A stretch of 50,641 bases of DNA from an uncultured Candidatus Saccharibacteria bacterium (GTDB lineage: Bacteria; Patescibacteriota; Minisyncoccia; Phycocordibacterales; VMEP01): assembly GCA_964414265.1 (NCBI GenBank), contig CAYPVT010000001.1, positions 1 to 50,641 of the forward strand. The letters are read 5' to 3'. The notes beneath the pieces are model-generated. The model made no database searches, was not told where the DNA came from, and saw only the letters and a program-made list of their open reading frames with translations. Each line of letters begins with the position of its first letter. The first letter of the stretch is position 1. Shown in pieces: positions 7,158-19,856 of this stretch. The position numbers were made by a program, and so were the translations under genes.

Positions 7158-8582
7158 TTATTCGCGGATTAATTCAAACTTCTTTCCTAATTCAAAAAGT
7201 GTTTCTTCTCTACCGTGCCCCGCAATAAACTGAATTCCAAGCGGAAGTTTTTCCTCTGTAAATCCTGATGGAATAGAAATCGCTGGTACTCCTGCTAAGT
7301 TTACAGGAACTGTGAAAATATCGGCAAGATACATCGCAAGTGGGTCCTCTGATTTCTCACCTATTTTAAAAGCCGGCACTGGAGAAGTCGGCGTTGCGAT
7401 AACATCAACCGAACCAAAAGCTTTCTTGAAATCCTCGTTTATGAGAGCCCTCACGCCATTTGCTTTATTGTAATAAGCATCATAATACCCAGAAGAAAGA
7501 ACGTAAGCTCCGAGCATAATTCTTCGGCGAACCTCGCGCCCAAATCCGTCGCCACGAGTTTTCATATAAGAACCCAAAACGTCGCCACCATCTTCCGAAA
7601 GACCAAAACGTACACCGTCAAAACGCGCCAGATTTGTTGAAGCTTCCGCTGGCATCAAAATATAATAAACGGCCAATGAGTGTTTTAAGCTTGGTAAATC
7701 AATATCTTTTATTTCCGCACCAGATTTTTCCAAGAGATTAAGAGATTTTTCAAAGTTTGAAAGCACTTCTTTATCTATACCTTCGGTAAAAATAAAATTT
7801 CGAGGAACACCTATTACCAATTTCTCTTTCTTATTTTCAGTTTTATAGAAATCATCCGGCAAAGAAGTACTATCCATTCCATCGTGGCCTGAAATAGCTT
7901 TGAACAAAATCTCTGCATCACCAACTGTTTTTGCAAACGGACCAATCTGATCAAGAGAAGAACCCATCGCCATAAGTCCGAAACGTGACACACTGCCGTA
8001 TGTAGTTTTTAAACCAACAACTCCACAGAGTGACGCCGGCTGTCTAATAGAACCACCAGTGTCAGAACCAAGCGCGCCCAAAACACTCCCCATAGCAACG
8101 GCGGCGGCAGACCCGCCCGAAGAACCACCCGCAACTCTCGATAAATCATGTGGATTTTTTGTTACACCAAACGCGGAATTTTCCGTGGAACCGCCCATGG
8201 CAAATTCGTCCATGTTTGTTCTTCCAATAAAAATCGCTCCATTTTTTTTAAGTTGCTTGATGACAGTCGCATCATATGGCGCCACATAGCCTTCAAGTAT
8301 TTTCGAAGCCGCAGTAACACGGCGACCCTCTATAAGAATATTATCTTTTACAGCAAGAGGAATTCCGAGGAGCATTCCTTTCCCACCATTTTTTCTTTCC
8401 TCGTCTGCTTTTTTTGCTTGCTCTATTGCATCATCAAAAACTTCGAGATAGGCGTGAATGTCTCCCTCTTTTTCGGAAATAATATTTAATGAACTTTTTA
8501 CCAAATCAACTGATGAAAAATCTCCGTTTGAGAGTCCTTTCAATGCTTCTTCTATTGTTAACTTGTTTAAATCAACTGACAT
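7158..8582 (-). CDS. gatA: Asp/Glu-tRNA amidotransferase subunit A
   Basis: Amidase signature GGSSGGSAAAVA and GSDTGGSIRQPAS. Directly downstream of gatC. Confidence 0.95.
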   Translation of the reverse strand: MSVDLNKLTIEEALKGLSNGDFSSVDLVKSSLNIISEKEGDIHAYLEVFDDAIEQAKKADEERKNGGKGMLLGIPLAVKDNILIEGRRVTAASKILEGYVAPYDATVIKQLKKNGAIFIGRTNMDEFAMGGSTENSAFGVTKNPHDLSRVAGGSSGGSAAAVAMGSVLGALGSDTGGSIRQPASLCGVVGLKTTYGSVSRFGLMAMGSSLDQIGPFAKTVGDAEILFKAISGHDGMDSTSLPDDFYKTENKKEKLVIGVPRNFIFTEGIDKEVLSNFEKSLNLLEKSGAEIKDIDLPSLKHSLAVYYILMPAEASTNLARFDGVRFGLSEDGGDVLGSYMKTRGDGFGREVRRRIMLGAYVLSSGYYDAYYNKANGVRALINEDFKKAFGSVDVIATPTSPVPAFKIGEKSEDPLAMYLADIFTVPVNLAGVPAISIPSGFTEEKLPLGIQFIAGHGREETLFELGKKFELIRE

Positions 8583-8584
8583 GT

Positions 8585-8863
8585 TTAAAAAACTTGTTTA
8601 ACTTTCAAATACCCGTCTTCCGTATCTGGGGCATTATTTAAAATGGCTTCAGTGTAAAGACCACTTTCGTGTGGCTCTCCGTCTTCACGCATAACGTTCC
8701 TTAAAAGACCAGCTTCAAGAACACGTTCTCCCACTGAAACTTTTTCAATTTCAGAAACATAACTCAAAATTGAGTCGAATTCCAAGGCGAGCTTTTCTTT
8801 TTCCTCATCGGTAAGGGAAAGACGCGAAAGCTTTGCTAATTTATCTAAATCTTCTTTCTTCAT
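8585..8863 (-). CDS. gatC: Asp/Glu-tRNA amidotransferase subunit C
   Basis: 92 aa. LAKLSRLSLTDEEKEKL..F..IL.YV pattern typical of GatC, and position upstream of gatA. Confidence 0.9.
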   Translation of the reverse strand: MKKEDLDKLAKLSRLSLTDEEKEKLALEFDSILSYVSEIEKVSVGERVLEAGLLRNVMREDGEPHESGLYTEAILNNAPDTEDGYLKVKQVF

Positions 8864-8883
8864 AAGCTAAATCATAGCTGATT

Positions 8884-11408
<2,525 letters not shown>

Positions 11409-11415
11409 AAAAATA

Positions 11416-11958
11416 TTATGGCCAATTTGTTATCACGTCTTCGACCAAAACTGTCCTAGGTGATGTGCGAGTCTCCCAAATAACGGTTGAATTAATTTTT
11501 ATTTCGTAATCGCTGATTTTTGAAAGTTTTATTGTCCTTATGTATTTGGTGTTTCCCCAATCACTATCATTCCCATACCAAGAAATGCCACCGCCCATAT
11601 CTTCTTGAACATAAGGGCATGTTCCAGAACAAGCATTAACTGTACTATTGCTGTGTATTGCATCAACATAACAACCATTCGCTCCATAACAATTACTTAA
11701 ATTACCCTGATCCCACAAAGCACTGCCACTCAAAACATTATTGTCTCTCGCGTTGCGTATTAACTCCACACCTTCTTGGGCTAGGTAAACTGCAGTAATT
11801 TGATCTTGGGCGTAATTTGCGGCAAAAAGCGCTCGAGCCACCACCGCCATCGGCATCACAATCGCAATCAAAAGAATAAAAATAGCAACAATGGATTCTA
11901 TTAAAGTAAAACCTCTTTCATTGCCCACTTTATTGTTTCTTTTTATAAAAATATTCAT
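11416..11958 (-). CDS. Type IV minor pilin (prepilin-type N-terminal cleavage/methylation domain)
   Basis: ERG/FTLIESIVAIFILLIAI prepilin signal. The ATG at 11958 follows the upstream stop by 1 nt; the longer ORF starts at a TTG. Confidence 0.8.
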   Translation of the reverse strand: MNIFIKRNNKVGNERGFTLIESIVAIFILLIAIVMPMAVVARALFAANYAQDQITAVYLAQEGVELIRNARDNNVLSGSALWDQGNLSNCYGANGCYVDAIHSNSTVNACSGTCPYVQEDMGGGISWYGNDSDWGNTKYIRTIKLSKISDYEIKINSTVIWETRTSPRTVLVEDVITNWP

Positions 11959-11959
11959 A

Positions 11960-12565
11960 TTAAAAATCAAGGACTCTTTGTGACGCCGACGTTTGAACCT
12001 TAAACCTAGTTTCTAATTTTGTTCCTGGTTTAGCAACACCCTCAACAAAGATAATAGTAAATGGCTGTAAACCGCCGGCACTTGCCTCTCTCACAATAAA
12101 GCGAAGGGTGTCGATTTGGACATCTGGAGAAGTTATCGGCAAAGCAGGCGTTGTTCTCCCTGGGTTTTCAATGCCGGTTATCTTTTTCAGTATCACCTTA
12201 CTGTCTACCTCCAAAGAGTATGTCACGGCGTCTCCTAAATAATCTTTAAACGTAATGTTGTCTTCCCCGTTAACACAATCAACACCAACCGGCGTTTCAG
12301 CTGGGGATAAACTACTTCTATTACAACTATAGACAGTACCAACACGAAGATTTCTTGCCATATTCTCAACAGCAAAGCTTAGATTACTTAAAACATTTCT
12401 TTTTACCTGAGCTTTTGCGTTAGCTTCTTTAATTGTAATTAACGCCATAATACTAACTGTCGAAACAACAACAAAAAGTGACACCGCAACCAAAAGTTCA
12501 ACGAGCGTAAAACCTTTTTTAAAATTAACCTTATTTGATTTCTTAAATTTATTTAAAAGAGACAT
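11960..12565 (-). CDS. Type IV minor pilin (PilW-like)
   Basis: KKG/FTLVELLVAVSLFVVV prepilin signal. ATG at 12565 chosen to avoid the 49-nt overlap with the upstream gene. Confidence 0.78.
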   Translation of the reverse strand: MSLLNKFKKSNKVNFKKGFTLVELLVAVSLFVVVSTVSIMALITIKEANAKAQVKRNVLSNLSFAVENMARNLRVGTVYSCNRSSLSPAETPVGVDCVNGEDNITFKDYLGDAVTYSLEVDSKVILKKITGIENPGRTTPALPITSPDVQIDTLRFIVREASAGGLQPFTIIFVEGVAKPGTKLETRFKVQTSASQRVLDF

Positions 12566-12573
12566 AATATTAA

Positions 12574-13200
12574 TTAAGAAGGACATGCCTCGTTGCCAAC
12601 ACTTATTTGCCCTGTCGACCATACACTTACCTCTCTATATAAACCATCTGGCGATTTAACTGTAATTTCCACATCTGACGGATAGACCTGGGATTCTCCG
12701 CTAATAGCATAAAAAACAGCCTCTGGGTTTGGTCGGGTAAAAATAATATCAAGAGTTCCAAGAGGAAGAATACTTGAGCAACTACTTGAAATTTTATTTG
12801 CCGATAATCCGCTTACTACATTGTTATTTTTTAAATTTATGATTTCAACATCCTCCGCTTGTCCAGAATATTGTCCGCTCCCATCGTTATCAACAAAAAG
12901 AATGAATGATGTTGCTGGGCTAGTATTAAAATGAACCCCGTAAGGTGGGTACTCCGTAATAACGTTTTTAGTTTTCGCAACAGAAATACCATAGACTTGG
13001 GCTTGTCTAATAATAATAGCCATCTGTTGAACTAAGTTCTCAAGAGAAATACGCGCCGACACATCTCTGTAATTTGCCAAAGTAACCGACGAAAGTAACC
13101 CAATTATTCCAATAACAACAAGTAGCTCAATAATCGTAAAACCACGGGAAGGAATTAGTCTTTGGTTTTTAGGTATTAGGTTAATTAGTTTTTGTTTCAT
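12574..13200 (-). CDS. Type IV minor pilin (GspH/FimT-like)
   Basis: SRG/FTIIELLVVIGIIGLL prepilin signal, followed by a beta-rich domain. Confidence 0.8.
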   Translation of the reverse strand: MKQKLINLIPKNQRLIPSRGFTIIELLVVIGIIGLLSSVTLANYRDVSARISLENLVQQMAIIIRQAQVYGISVAKTKNVITEYPPYGVHFNTSPATSFILFVDNDGSGQYSGQAEDVEIINLKNNNVVSGLSANKISSSCSSILPLGTLDIIFTRPNPEAVFYAISGESQVYPSDVEITVKSPDGLYREVSVWSTGQISVGNEACPS

Positions 13201-13222
13201 TTATTATTCTACTTCAAATTTT

Positions 13223-14065
13223 TTAGCCAAAAAATTCCAAAAAACTGAAAACGTTAATATTGAAGAAAAAAGCAACAATAGTACCAGCGATTAAGAAGGG
13301 AGCAAATGGCACTTCTGTTTTCATTGTAATTTTTTTATTAAACAAAGACAATAAAATAATACCGACAATCCCGCCAATCCAAAACGATATCATGAGAGCA
13401 GCCAAGGCTCCCCACAAAGACATCATCCACCCAAGACCAAGCGCCAACTTAACGTCCCCAAACCCCATCGCACGACCACTTGATAAAAACCAAACAAGAA
13501 AAAGTGGTAAAGCTACAGCAGGGCCCGACAAAAGGTTTGGCAAAACAGAAACGAATGTATCACCTAAAACAAAAATATTGATGAATGAAACACCAACGAC
13601 GCGAATAAAAGCAACTGAAATAAATACATAAACGAGCTTATTGGGAATTATTTTATGCCTAAGGTCATAAACACCGATAGCAATAAGCAAACCAAAAAGT
13701 ACAGCGTAAATGATTAATGCACAAAGAATCATCGCTCCGTAAAAATTGCCAACCCCCACAATTGCGCCAAGAATAAAAAAATCTAAAAATTTTTGAGAAA
13801 GACCGAGAAATAAAACGCCAGTTAATACTTCAACTATCGGATACTGCCAAGAAATTATGCTTTTACATGTTCGACATTTTCCTTTTTGAATAACAAAACT
13901 TAAAACAGGAATGAGTTCATACCACTTTAATGTTTTTCCACAGGTGAAACAAAAGGAGCGTCCAGAAAGACCCTTGCCTGTGTTGTGGCGCAAACTTACA
14001 ACGTTTAGGAAACTGCCAACAACTGTTCCTAAAATAAAAGAAATTAACCCAATAATGAATGCCAT
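13223..14065 (-). CDS. pilD: Prepilin peptidase (A24 family)
   Basis: Polytopic membrane protein with an N-terminal CxxC...CxxC (CFTCGK...CRTCKS) and GFGDVKL catalytic aspartate motifs. Confidence 0.92.
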   Translation of the reverse strand: MAFIIGLISFILGTVVGSFLNVVSLRHNTGKGLSGRSFCFTCGKTLKWYELIPVLSFVIQKGKCRTCKSIISWQYPIVEVLTGVLFLGLSQKFLDFFILGAIVGVGNFYGAMILCALIIYAVLFGLLIAIGVYDLRHKIIPNKLVYVFISVAFIRVVGVSFINIFVLGDTFVSVLPNLLSGPAVALPLFLVWFLSSGRAMGFGDVKLALGLGWMMSLWGALAALMISFWIGGIVGIILLSLFNKKITMKTEVPFAPFLIAGTIVAFFFNINVFSFLEFFG

Positions 14066-14098
14066 GTTACTTGATTATATCACGCTGATAACCAAAAA

Positions 14099-14614
14099 CT
14101 ATTTACATAATCCACCACCAAAGCCATTGTCTGGAAATCTAAACCTACCGACCAACGCCGGAGTAACAACCTTAGCTGCCCCAGTACTATCAACACACCA
14201 CGATGTAGTAGAATCACTCTTAAGTGGCATTGATACTGCCCAAGATGAGGCCGAGCTGACACATCGGCCGTTTACCATGCCAGCCGAGCTTATGTTTTTA
14301 CCGGCTGCTGTAATTTGACCTCTAATCACTGGGTCTGAAAAAAGAGTATCAGCCGTTGCGGCACAAACCCCGCTCCAAAGTAGCTCGGTTGGCGTTTCAT
14401 CAACACCGTAAACACCGTAAGTATCGTAGAGCATTTCTGTTTGTGTTCGAATACCTCTGAGGTTTGCTTTAATTGCCGCATCTGCGGCCTTAGTGCGGGC
14501 TGTGTTTAAGGAGGCAAGAACAATGGACGACAAGATACCGATAATGGCGATAACGACCAAGAGTTCAATAAGTGTAAAACCTTTATCAAAAATGATTCGT
14601 TTATTAAATTTCAT
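14099..14614 (-). CDS. Type IV pilin, paralog 2
   Basis: DKG/FTLIELLVVIAIIGILSSIVLASLNTAR. Shares its N-terminus and the C-terminal SWCVDSTGA.KVVTP with the gene at 14705-15184. Confidence 0.88.
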   Translation of the reverse strand: MKFNKRIIFDKGFTLIELLVVIAIIGILSSIVLASLNTARTKAADAAIKANLRGIRTQTEMLYDTYGVYGVDETPTELLWSGVCAATADTLFSDPVIRGQITAAGKNISSAGMVNGRCVSSASSWAVSMPLKSDSTTSWCVDSTGAAKVVTPALVGRFRFPDNGFGGGLCK

Positions 14615-14655
14615 ATTTCCGAATAACCATACCGTGTATAAACATTACCACGTCA

Positions 14656-14690
14656 AACAAAAACCCCGCAGAAAGCGGGGTTTTTGTTTG
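14656..14690 (-). terminator. Rho-independent (bidirectional) terminator after the pilin gene
   Basis: AACAAAAA-CCCCGC-AGAAA-GCGGGG-TTTTTGTTT: a GC stem flanked by an A-run and a T-run. Confidence 0.8.
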
Positions 14691-14704
14691 ATAGAAAATT
14701 AAGA

Positions 14705-15184
14705 CTATTTACAAGCGGCGCCTAAGAAACCGCGATCTGTACCAACTGGGGTAACAACCCTCGATGCTCCCGTGCTATCAACACACCATGACGTTCCTGG
14801 TGCTGTTTTAAGTGGCATTGATACTGCCCATTCTGAAGCAGTGCTTACACAACTACCATTTGCCATACCAGTGCTACTTATAGCGTTACCAGCAGAAGTA
14901 ACCTGTCCTTTAATTACAGGGTCTATAAAAAGGGTGTCTGCTGTTGCGGCACAAGCAGCGACAGGAAATGCTGAAGGAGTTGCGTCTACACCATAACCAC
15001 CGTTAGTGTCATAGAGCATTTCAGCTTGTACACGAATACCCTCAAGGTTTCCTTTGATAGCTGCATCTGCACCCTTACCACGAGCTGTGTTTAAGGAGGC
15101 AAGAACAATAGAAGACAAAATACCAATAATGGCGATAACGACCAAGAGTTCAATCAACGTAAAACCTTTATTATTTCTATTCAT
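14705..15184 (-). CDS. pilA: Type IV pilin, probable major pilin
   Basis: NKG/FTLIELLVVIAIIGILSSIVLASLNTARGKG. Has its own strong terminator and C-terminal Cys residues. Confidence 0.88.
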   Translation of the reverse strand: MNRNNKGFTLIELLVVIAIIGILSSIVLASLNTARGKGADAAIKGNLEGIRVQAEMLYDTNGGYGVDATPSAFPVAACAATADTLFIDPVIKGQVTSAGNAISSTGMANGSCVSTASEWAVSMPLKTAPGTSWCVDSTGASRVVTPVGTDRGFLGAACK

Positions 15185-15291
15185 ATTTTAATTTAAATTA
15201 CAATTTGACCCATTAAAAGCCTTAATTTTTAAGATTGTTTTATTATATCAGCCAATCTTTATTGTGGAAAGGATTATGTGGACAACTAAAG

Positions 15292-16509
15292 CTAGAATCC
15301 TGCTGAAGCGATATTATAAATCGGCACCAAAACAGATGCGAGAAGGATACCAACACCCAAACCTAGGGCGACAATCATGATTGGCTCAATCAAACTCACC
15401 AAGGTATCAACAGCGGTATTAACTTCACGGCGATAAAAACGGGCGACTGTTTTCAAAATTGGAGCAAGCTTTCCTGTTTCCTCTCCAACTCGAATCATCT
15501 GTATCATCATGTTTGGCATTTCCTCGTATTTATATAAAGCATCAGAAAGAGGGACACCTCCACGCACATCTTCAGCGGTCTTATTTAATATTTGTTCGTA
15601 AACTTTGTTATCAACAACCGAGGCGCTAATCTCAAGAGAACGCACCATTGAAATTCCAGAGGAAAGCATTGTGTCCATATTGTCGGAAATACGAGATAAG
15701 TATAACTTCTCAAAAAGATCTTTCACGAAAGGAACCGATAATTTTATGCGATCAAGATAAAGACCCCCCTCATCTTTAAATTTAAACTTCCAAAGATAAA
15801 CAACAATTCCAACAAGAAGGAGGAGGAAAAATATTCCATAATCAACAAGGAACTTGCTCATAAACAAGACTACTTGCGTATAAACTGGAACAGCCTGTCC
15901 GCTCTCTTCTAAAATACCTGCTAGTTTTGGGATAACCATTGTGAGCATCAAAATCATAACAACCACGAACGTCCCTATAACGAAAGCGGGATAAATCATT
16001 GCCCCACGGGCTTTTGAAGTTAATTCATACGAACGTTCCATTTGATCCGCAAGACTCATAAACGTATCTGACAACTTTCCTGATTCCTCTCCCGCCCTAA
16101 CCATGTTCACATAAAAAGGAGAGAAGAGTACCGGTCTTTTAAGCATTGATTCAGAAATAGACAGCCCTCCTTGTATATCGTCAGAAAGCAAGGTTAGGTT
16201 ATTTCGAATAATAGATTTTTCCGACTCGGTCGCAAGCATTCTAAAAGCCTTAAGTACCGAAACGTTCGCATCAAAAAGTGTTGCGACTTGTCGTGAAAGC
16301 ATAACCACATCTTTTGAAGAAACACTTTCAAGAAAAGTGAGGTTGTAATTAAAAATAGAACCACCTTGTCCTTCTTTGACTTCCTCTATAGATGCAACAA
16401 CAAGTCCGCGACGCTGGAGCGCAACGATTGCCATATCTTGTGTTGCAACTTCAATAGTGCCCTTTTTTTCTTGCCCGTCTTGAGTTATTGCTTTATATGA
16501 AAAAATCAT
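15292..16509 (-). CDS. pilC: Type IV pilus platform protein PilC (GspF family)
   Basis: 405 aa with two GspF repeats (MVRAGEESGKL / MIRVGEETGKL) and three TM segments. Confidence 0.93.
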   Translation of the reverse strand: MIFSYKAITQDGQEKKGTIEVATQDMAIVALQRRGLVVASIEEVKEGQGGSIFNYNLTFLESVSSKDVVMLSRQVATLFDANVSVLKAFRMLATESEKSIIRNNLTLLSDDIQGGLSISESMLKRPVLFSPFYVNMVRAGEESGKLSDTFMSLADQMERSYELTSKARGAMIYPAFVIGTFVVVMILMLTMVIPKLAGILEESGQAVPVYTQVVLFMSKFLVDYGIFFLLLLVGIVVYLWKFKFKDEGGLYLDRIKLSVPFVKDLFEKLYLSRISDNMDTMLSSGISMVRSLEISASVVDNKVYEQILNKTAEDVRGGVPLSDALYKYEEMPNMMIQMIRVGEETGKLAPILKTVARFYRREVNTAVDTLVSLIEPIMIVALGLGVGILLASVLVPIYNIASAGF

Positions 16510-16529
16510 CTGAGTAAAATTTAATTATC

Positions 16530-17594
16530 TTAAGAAAGCGATCTTTCTAGTCCTTTTGGATTAAGAGAATAAGTATAAGCGCTTTCTGGTGTTATTTCTC
16601 CCATAGAAACAAGTTCGAGTAATGAGTGATTCATATCAATCATCCCCTGCTCTGACCCTGTTTCAATGATCATATTTATTTCGTGCGTTCTTTTTTCTCG
16701 AATCAAATTAGCAACGGCGTTATTTTTTATTAAAAGCTCGTATGCTGGAACCATGCCACCGGAAATACGCGGAACAAGACGCTGTGAAAAAATTCCAAGT
16801 AAACTTGAAGCAAGTTGTACGCGAATCTGATCTTGTTGCCCAGCGCTAAATGAATCAATAATACGATCTATTGTTTGAGAAGCGTTGTTTGTGTGTAATG
16901 TGGAAAAAACGAGATGCCCTGTTTCAGCGGCTGTCACCGCAGTAGCCATTGTCTCCGGATTTCTCATTTCTCCAATCATAATGACGTTCACGTCTTGTCT
17001 AAAAACGGAATTTAATGCCGTTTGAAAATCTTTTGTATCTATACCAACTTCACGTTGATCTATCATTGAACGCTCTTGTTCAAAAATATATTCAATAGGA
17101 TCTTCAATTGTAACGATATGTTCTGCTCGTTCGGCGTTGATAAGATTAATCATAGAAGCGAGAGTCGTTGATTTACCTTGCCCAACTGGTCCCACCACCA
17201 AGAAAAATCCTTGTTTTTTTCTTGCAAACTCCGTGAGTATTGGAGGAAGTCTCAACTCAGCTAAAGTTTTTACCCTCGGGATAAGTCTTAAGGCAACACT
17301 TATTGCCCCTTTTTCTATAAAAGCATTGCCTCTCATTCTTGCTTCACCCTTGTTGAATTCGTATGAAAAATCAAATTCCTGTTTTTCTAAAAATTTTTTG
17401 ACTCGCTCTTTTCCAATGAGAGCTTCGAGTAAACCAAGTGTATCTTCTTTTTTAAGTACTTCTCTTTTTACAAGGTAGCTCAACGTCCCAGCAACACGAA
17501 CCGCCGGATACCGACCTTCTGATAAATGGAGGTCTGAACCACCCTCTTTAATGACTATAGAAATCAATTCTGCAAGTATTTTTTGATAATCCAT
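16530..17594 (-). CDS. pilT: Twitching-motility retraction ATPase PilT
   Basis: Walker A GPVGQGKST, Asp box, Walker B VIMIGEMR, His box TGHLVFSTLHT. About 350 aa with no N-terminal GSPII domain. Confidence 0.92.
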   Translation of the reverse strand: MDYQKILAELISIVIKEGGSDLHLSEGRYPAVRVAGTLSYLVKREVLKKEDTLGLLEALIGKERVKKFLEKQEFDFSYEFNKGEARMRGNAFIEKGAISVALRLIPRVKTLAELRLPPILTEFARKKQGFFLVVGPVGQGKSTTLASMINLINAERAEHIVTIEDPIEYIFEQERSMIDQREVGIDTKDFQTALNSVFRQDVNVIMIGEMRNPETMATAVTAAETGHLVFSTLHTNNASQTIDRIIDSFSAGQQDQIRVQLASSLLGIFSQRLVPRISGGMVPAYELLIKNNAVANLIREKRTHEINMIIETGSEQGMIDMNHSLLELVSMGEITPESAYTYSLNPKGLERSLS

Positions 17595-17614
17595 TTTAAA
17601 TAATTAATATTTTA

Positions 17615-18007
17615 TTATTTTTTAGAAGACTCAATTATTTCTATCACCTTATCAACCACTTCCGTTGGCGTAGCTGTTGCTTTTACAATATACCCTTTTG
17701 CGCCCAAACTTATTCCTCGGTCTACATCCTCCTTCTGTCCACGGTTTGAAAGTATTATTTTAATAGCGCCCTTTGCTAAATTTTCTTTTTTTATTGCCTC
17801 CAAAACCTCAAAACCGTCCATTGTAGGCATAACAATGTCTAACAGCAAAATGTCTGGTGTTGCCCCACCACGTAGCTTCTGAATTAGGTCAACACTCCCC
17901 AAAGACGAGTCCACGCTAAAACCACGTTCAGTGAATTTTAGACTGTACATATCAAGCAAAAAATTATCGTCGTCAACAATAAGTATTTTTTTATTTACTT
18001 TCTCCAT
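17615..18007 (-). CDS. Stand-alone response-regulator receiver domain (CheY-like)
   Basis: 130 aa. ILIVDDD, phospho-acceptor LLLDIVMP, conserved K (YIVKA). Confidence 0.88.
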   Translation of the reverse strand: MEKVNKKILIVDDDNFLLDMYSLKFTERGFSVDSSLGSVDLIQKLRGGATPDILLLDIVMPTMDGFEVLEAIKKENLAKGAIKIILSNRGQKEDVDRGISLGAKGYIVKATATPTEVVDKVIEIIESSKK

Positions 18008-18100
18008 AATATGTATTTATTCAGATTTTTGAGAAATATTTTATACTTCTTAGCCTCCTGAATATTATATATCATACTACAAAACGCGTTATCCACCTCA

Positions 18101-19807
18101 TTACAATGAGTTTACTTCTTGAAAAGCAATCTCTCCACGAAGAGCCTTTTGGATAGCGTCTTCTTTCATCGTGAGCATTCCTTTTTTGCGAGCAATCTTC
18201 CAAAGTTCTATGTCTGTTGGGTCTTTCAAAATCATAGCCTCAACTTCTTTGTCTATATCAAAAATCTCAAACACCGCGACACGACCACGAGTACCAGAAG
18301 GGCATTCTGGCGATGGCTCAACATTGTAAACATTTCCCTCAAGATTCAAATCTTTCTTGAATTCCTCTGGTAAATCTGCAAATTGCTTATCAAACATCAT
18401 TTTAATCGCGCCCTCAACCGGCACTGGTCTAATAGAGGCAGGACAAGCGACACGAACCAAACGCTGAGCGATTGAGAGAGTTAGGGTCGGGGCAATCAAA
18501 TATGGATCTATACCCATATCAACCAAACGAGGGACTGTGCCGATTGCGTTATTAGTGTGGATGGTTGCAAACACCATGTGTCCAGTCAAAGAAGCCTGGA
18601 TTGCAAGTTCGGCAGTTTCCTTATCGCGAATTTCACCAACCATTATCACGTCTGGGTCCTGACGCAAGATAGAACGGAGGCCAGAAGCAAAGCTATACCC
18701 AATCTCAGGAACAATCTGGGATTGATTCATCCCTGGAATATTATATTCAACTGGGTCTTCCAAGCTGACTACATTTCTTTTCTCTCTATCAAGCTCATTT
18801 AGCATTGAGTAAAGAGTGGTCGTCTTTCCAGAACCAGTTGGCCCGCTAACCAAAATCAAACCGTACGGCTCAAGCATGGCCTTTCTTATTTTCGCCAAGT
18901 TTCCTTCAGTAAGACCAATACTATCAAGTGGCTTAACACCCTTTTCTGAATCAAGAATTCTCATCGCTATCTTCTCTCCATAAAATGTTGGCAGAGAAGA
19001 AACACGAATATCCACCTTTCTACCTTCTAGTTTTACCGAGAAACGTCCGTCTTGTGGTTTTCTTTTTTCGTCGAGCTTTAAGTTGGCAAGAATTTTAATA
19101 CGAGAAATAACCGCAGCATAAACTTTTAGCGGCAGAAACAAACTGGTATGCAGAACACCATCAACGCGAAACCTAACCTTAACCTTATCTCCCGCATTTT
19201 CAATATGAATATCTGAAGCACCACCCTCTGTGGCATGTCTTAAAATAACCGCGACTATTTTAGAAACTGGAGCGTCTTCTATTATTTTTTCTGTATCAAC
19301 CTTTCCTTCTGCTTTTTCCGCATCAAGATCCATATCTCCTTGAGGTGGAGTAAGGTCTTCAAGGGCATGGGTTACTTCCCCTGTTAATCCTTTATAGTTA
19401 TTAATTATCCCGTTGAAATCAGATTTTGAAATAACAAACATCTTAAACGGCATTCCAATTTTCGAAGCAATAAATTGTAGCGCATCGCGAGTATCAAGAT
19501 TATCTGGGTCCAAAAGACCAACCTCAAGCACACCTTGGGTGACTCCGATTGGCACAAATTTATAATAAGTTGCTGACTCCTCTGGAATATATTTTAAAAC
19601 GTCAAAAGAAATAGCCCTTATGTCTATTCTACGCATCGGGACGTTAGAGTACTCAGATTTTAATTTAACAATAACATCCTCTTTCACTCCCTTGGCAATA
19701 AGAATATCGTCAACATCTGTATTCCCCTCAGCTAAACGCAAGCTTATTTCTTCAAGCTCACTTTGTTTAATGATTTTTTCTTCAGCAAGCTTGTCGAGAA
19801 AACTCAT
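18101..19807 (-). CDS. pilB: Type IV pilus assembly ATPase PilB (GspE family)
   Basis: N-terminal GSPII domain, Walker A GPTGSGKTT, VIMVGEIRD, TGHMVFATIHT, tetracysteine-like CP...C region. Confidence 0.94.
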   Translation of the reverse strand: MSFLDKLAEEKIIKQSELEEISLRLAEGNTDVDDILIAKGVKEDVIVKLKSEYSNVPMRRIDIRAISFDVLKYIPEESATYYKFVPIGVTQGVLEVGLLDPDNLDTRDALQFIASKIGMPFKMFVISKSDFNGIINNYKGLTGEVTHALEDLTPPQGDMDLDAEKAEGKVDTEKIIEDAPVSKIVAVILRHATEGGASDIHIENAGDKVKVRFRVDGVLHTSLFLPLKVYAAVISRIKILANLKLDEKRKPQDGRFSVKLEGRKVDIRVSSLPTFYGEKIAMRILDSEKGVKPLDSIGLTEGNLAKIRKAMLEPYGLILVSGPTGSGKTTTLYSMLNELDREKRNVVSLEDPVEYNIPGMNQSQIVPEIGYSFASGLRSILRQDPDVIMVGEIRDKETAELAIQASLTGHMVFATIHTNNAIGTVPRLVDMGIDPYLIAPTLTLSIAQRLVRVACPASIRPVPVEGAIKMMFDKQFADLPEEFKKDLNLEGNVYNVEPSPECPSGTRGRVAVFEIFDIDKEVEAMILKDPTDIELWKIARKKGMLTMKEDAIQKALRGEIAFQEVNSL

Positions 19808-19856
19808 AGTTTTTCAAAAATAATTTTTAACTGTTAACTACCTTAAAGACTCCAAC

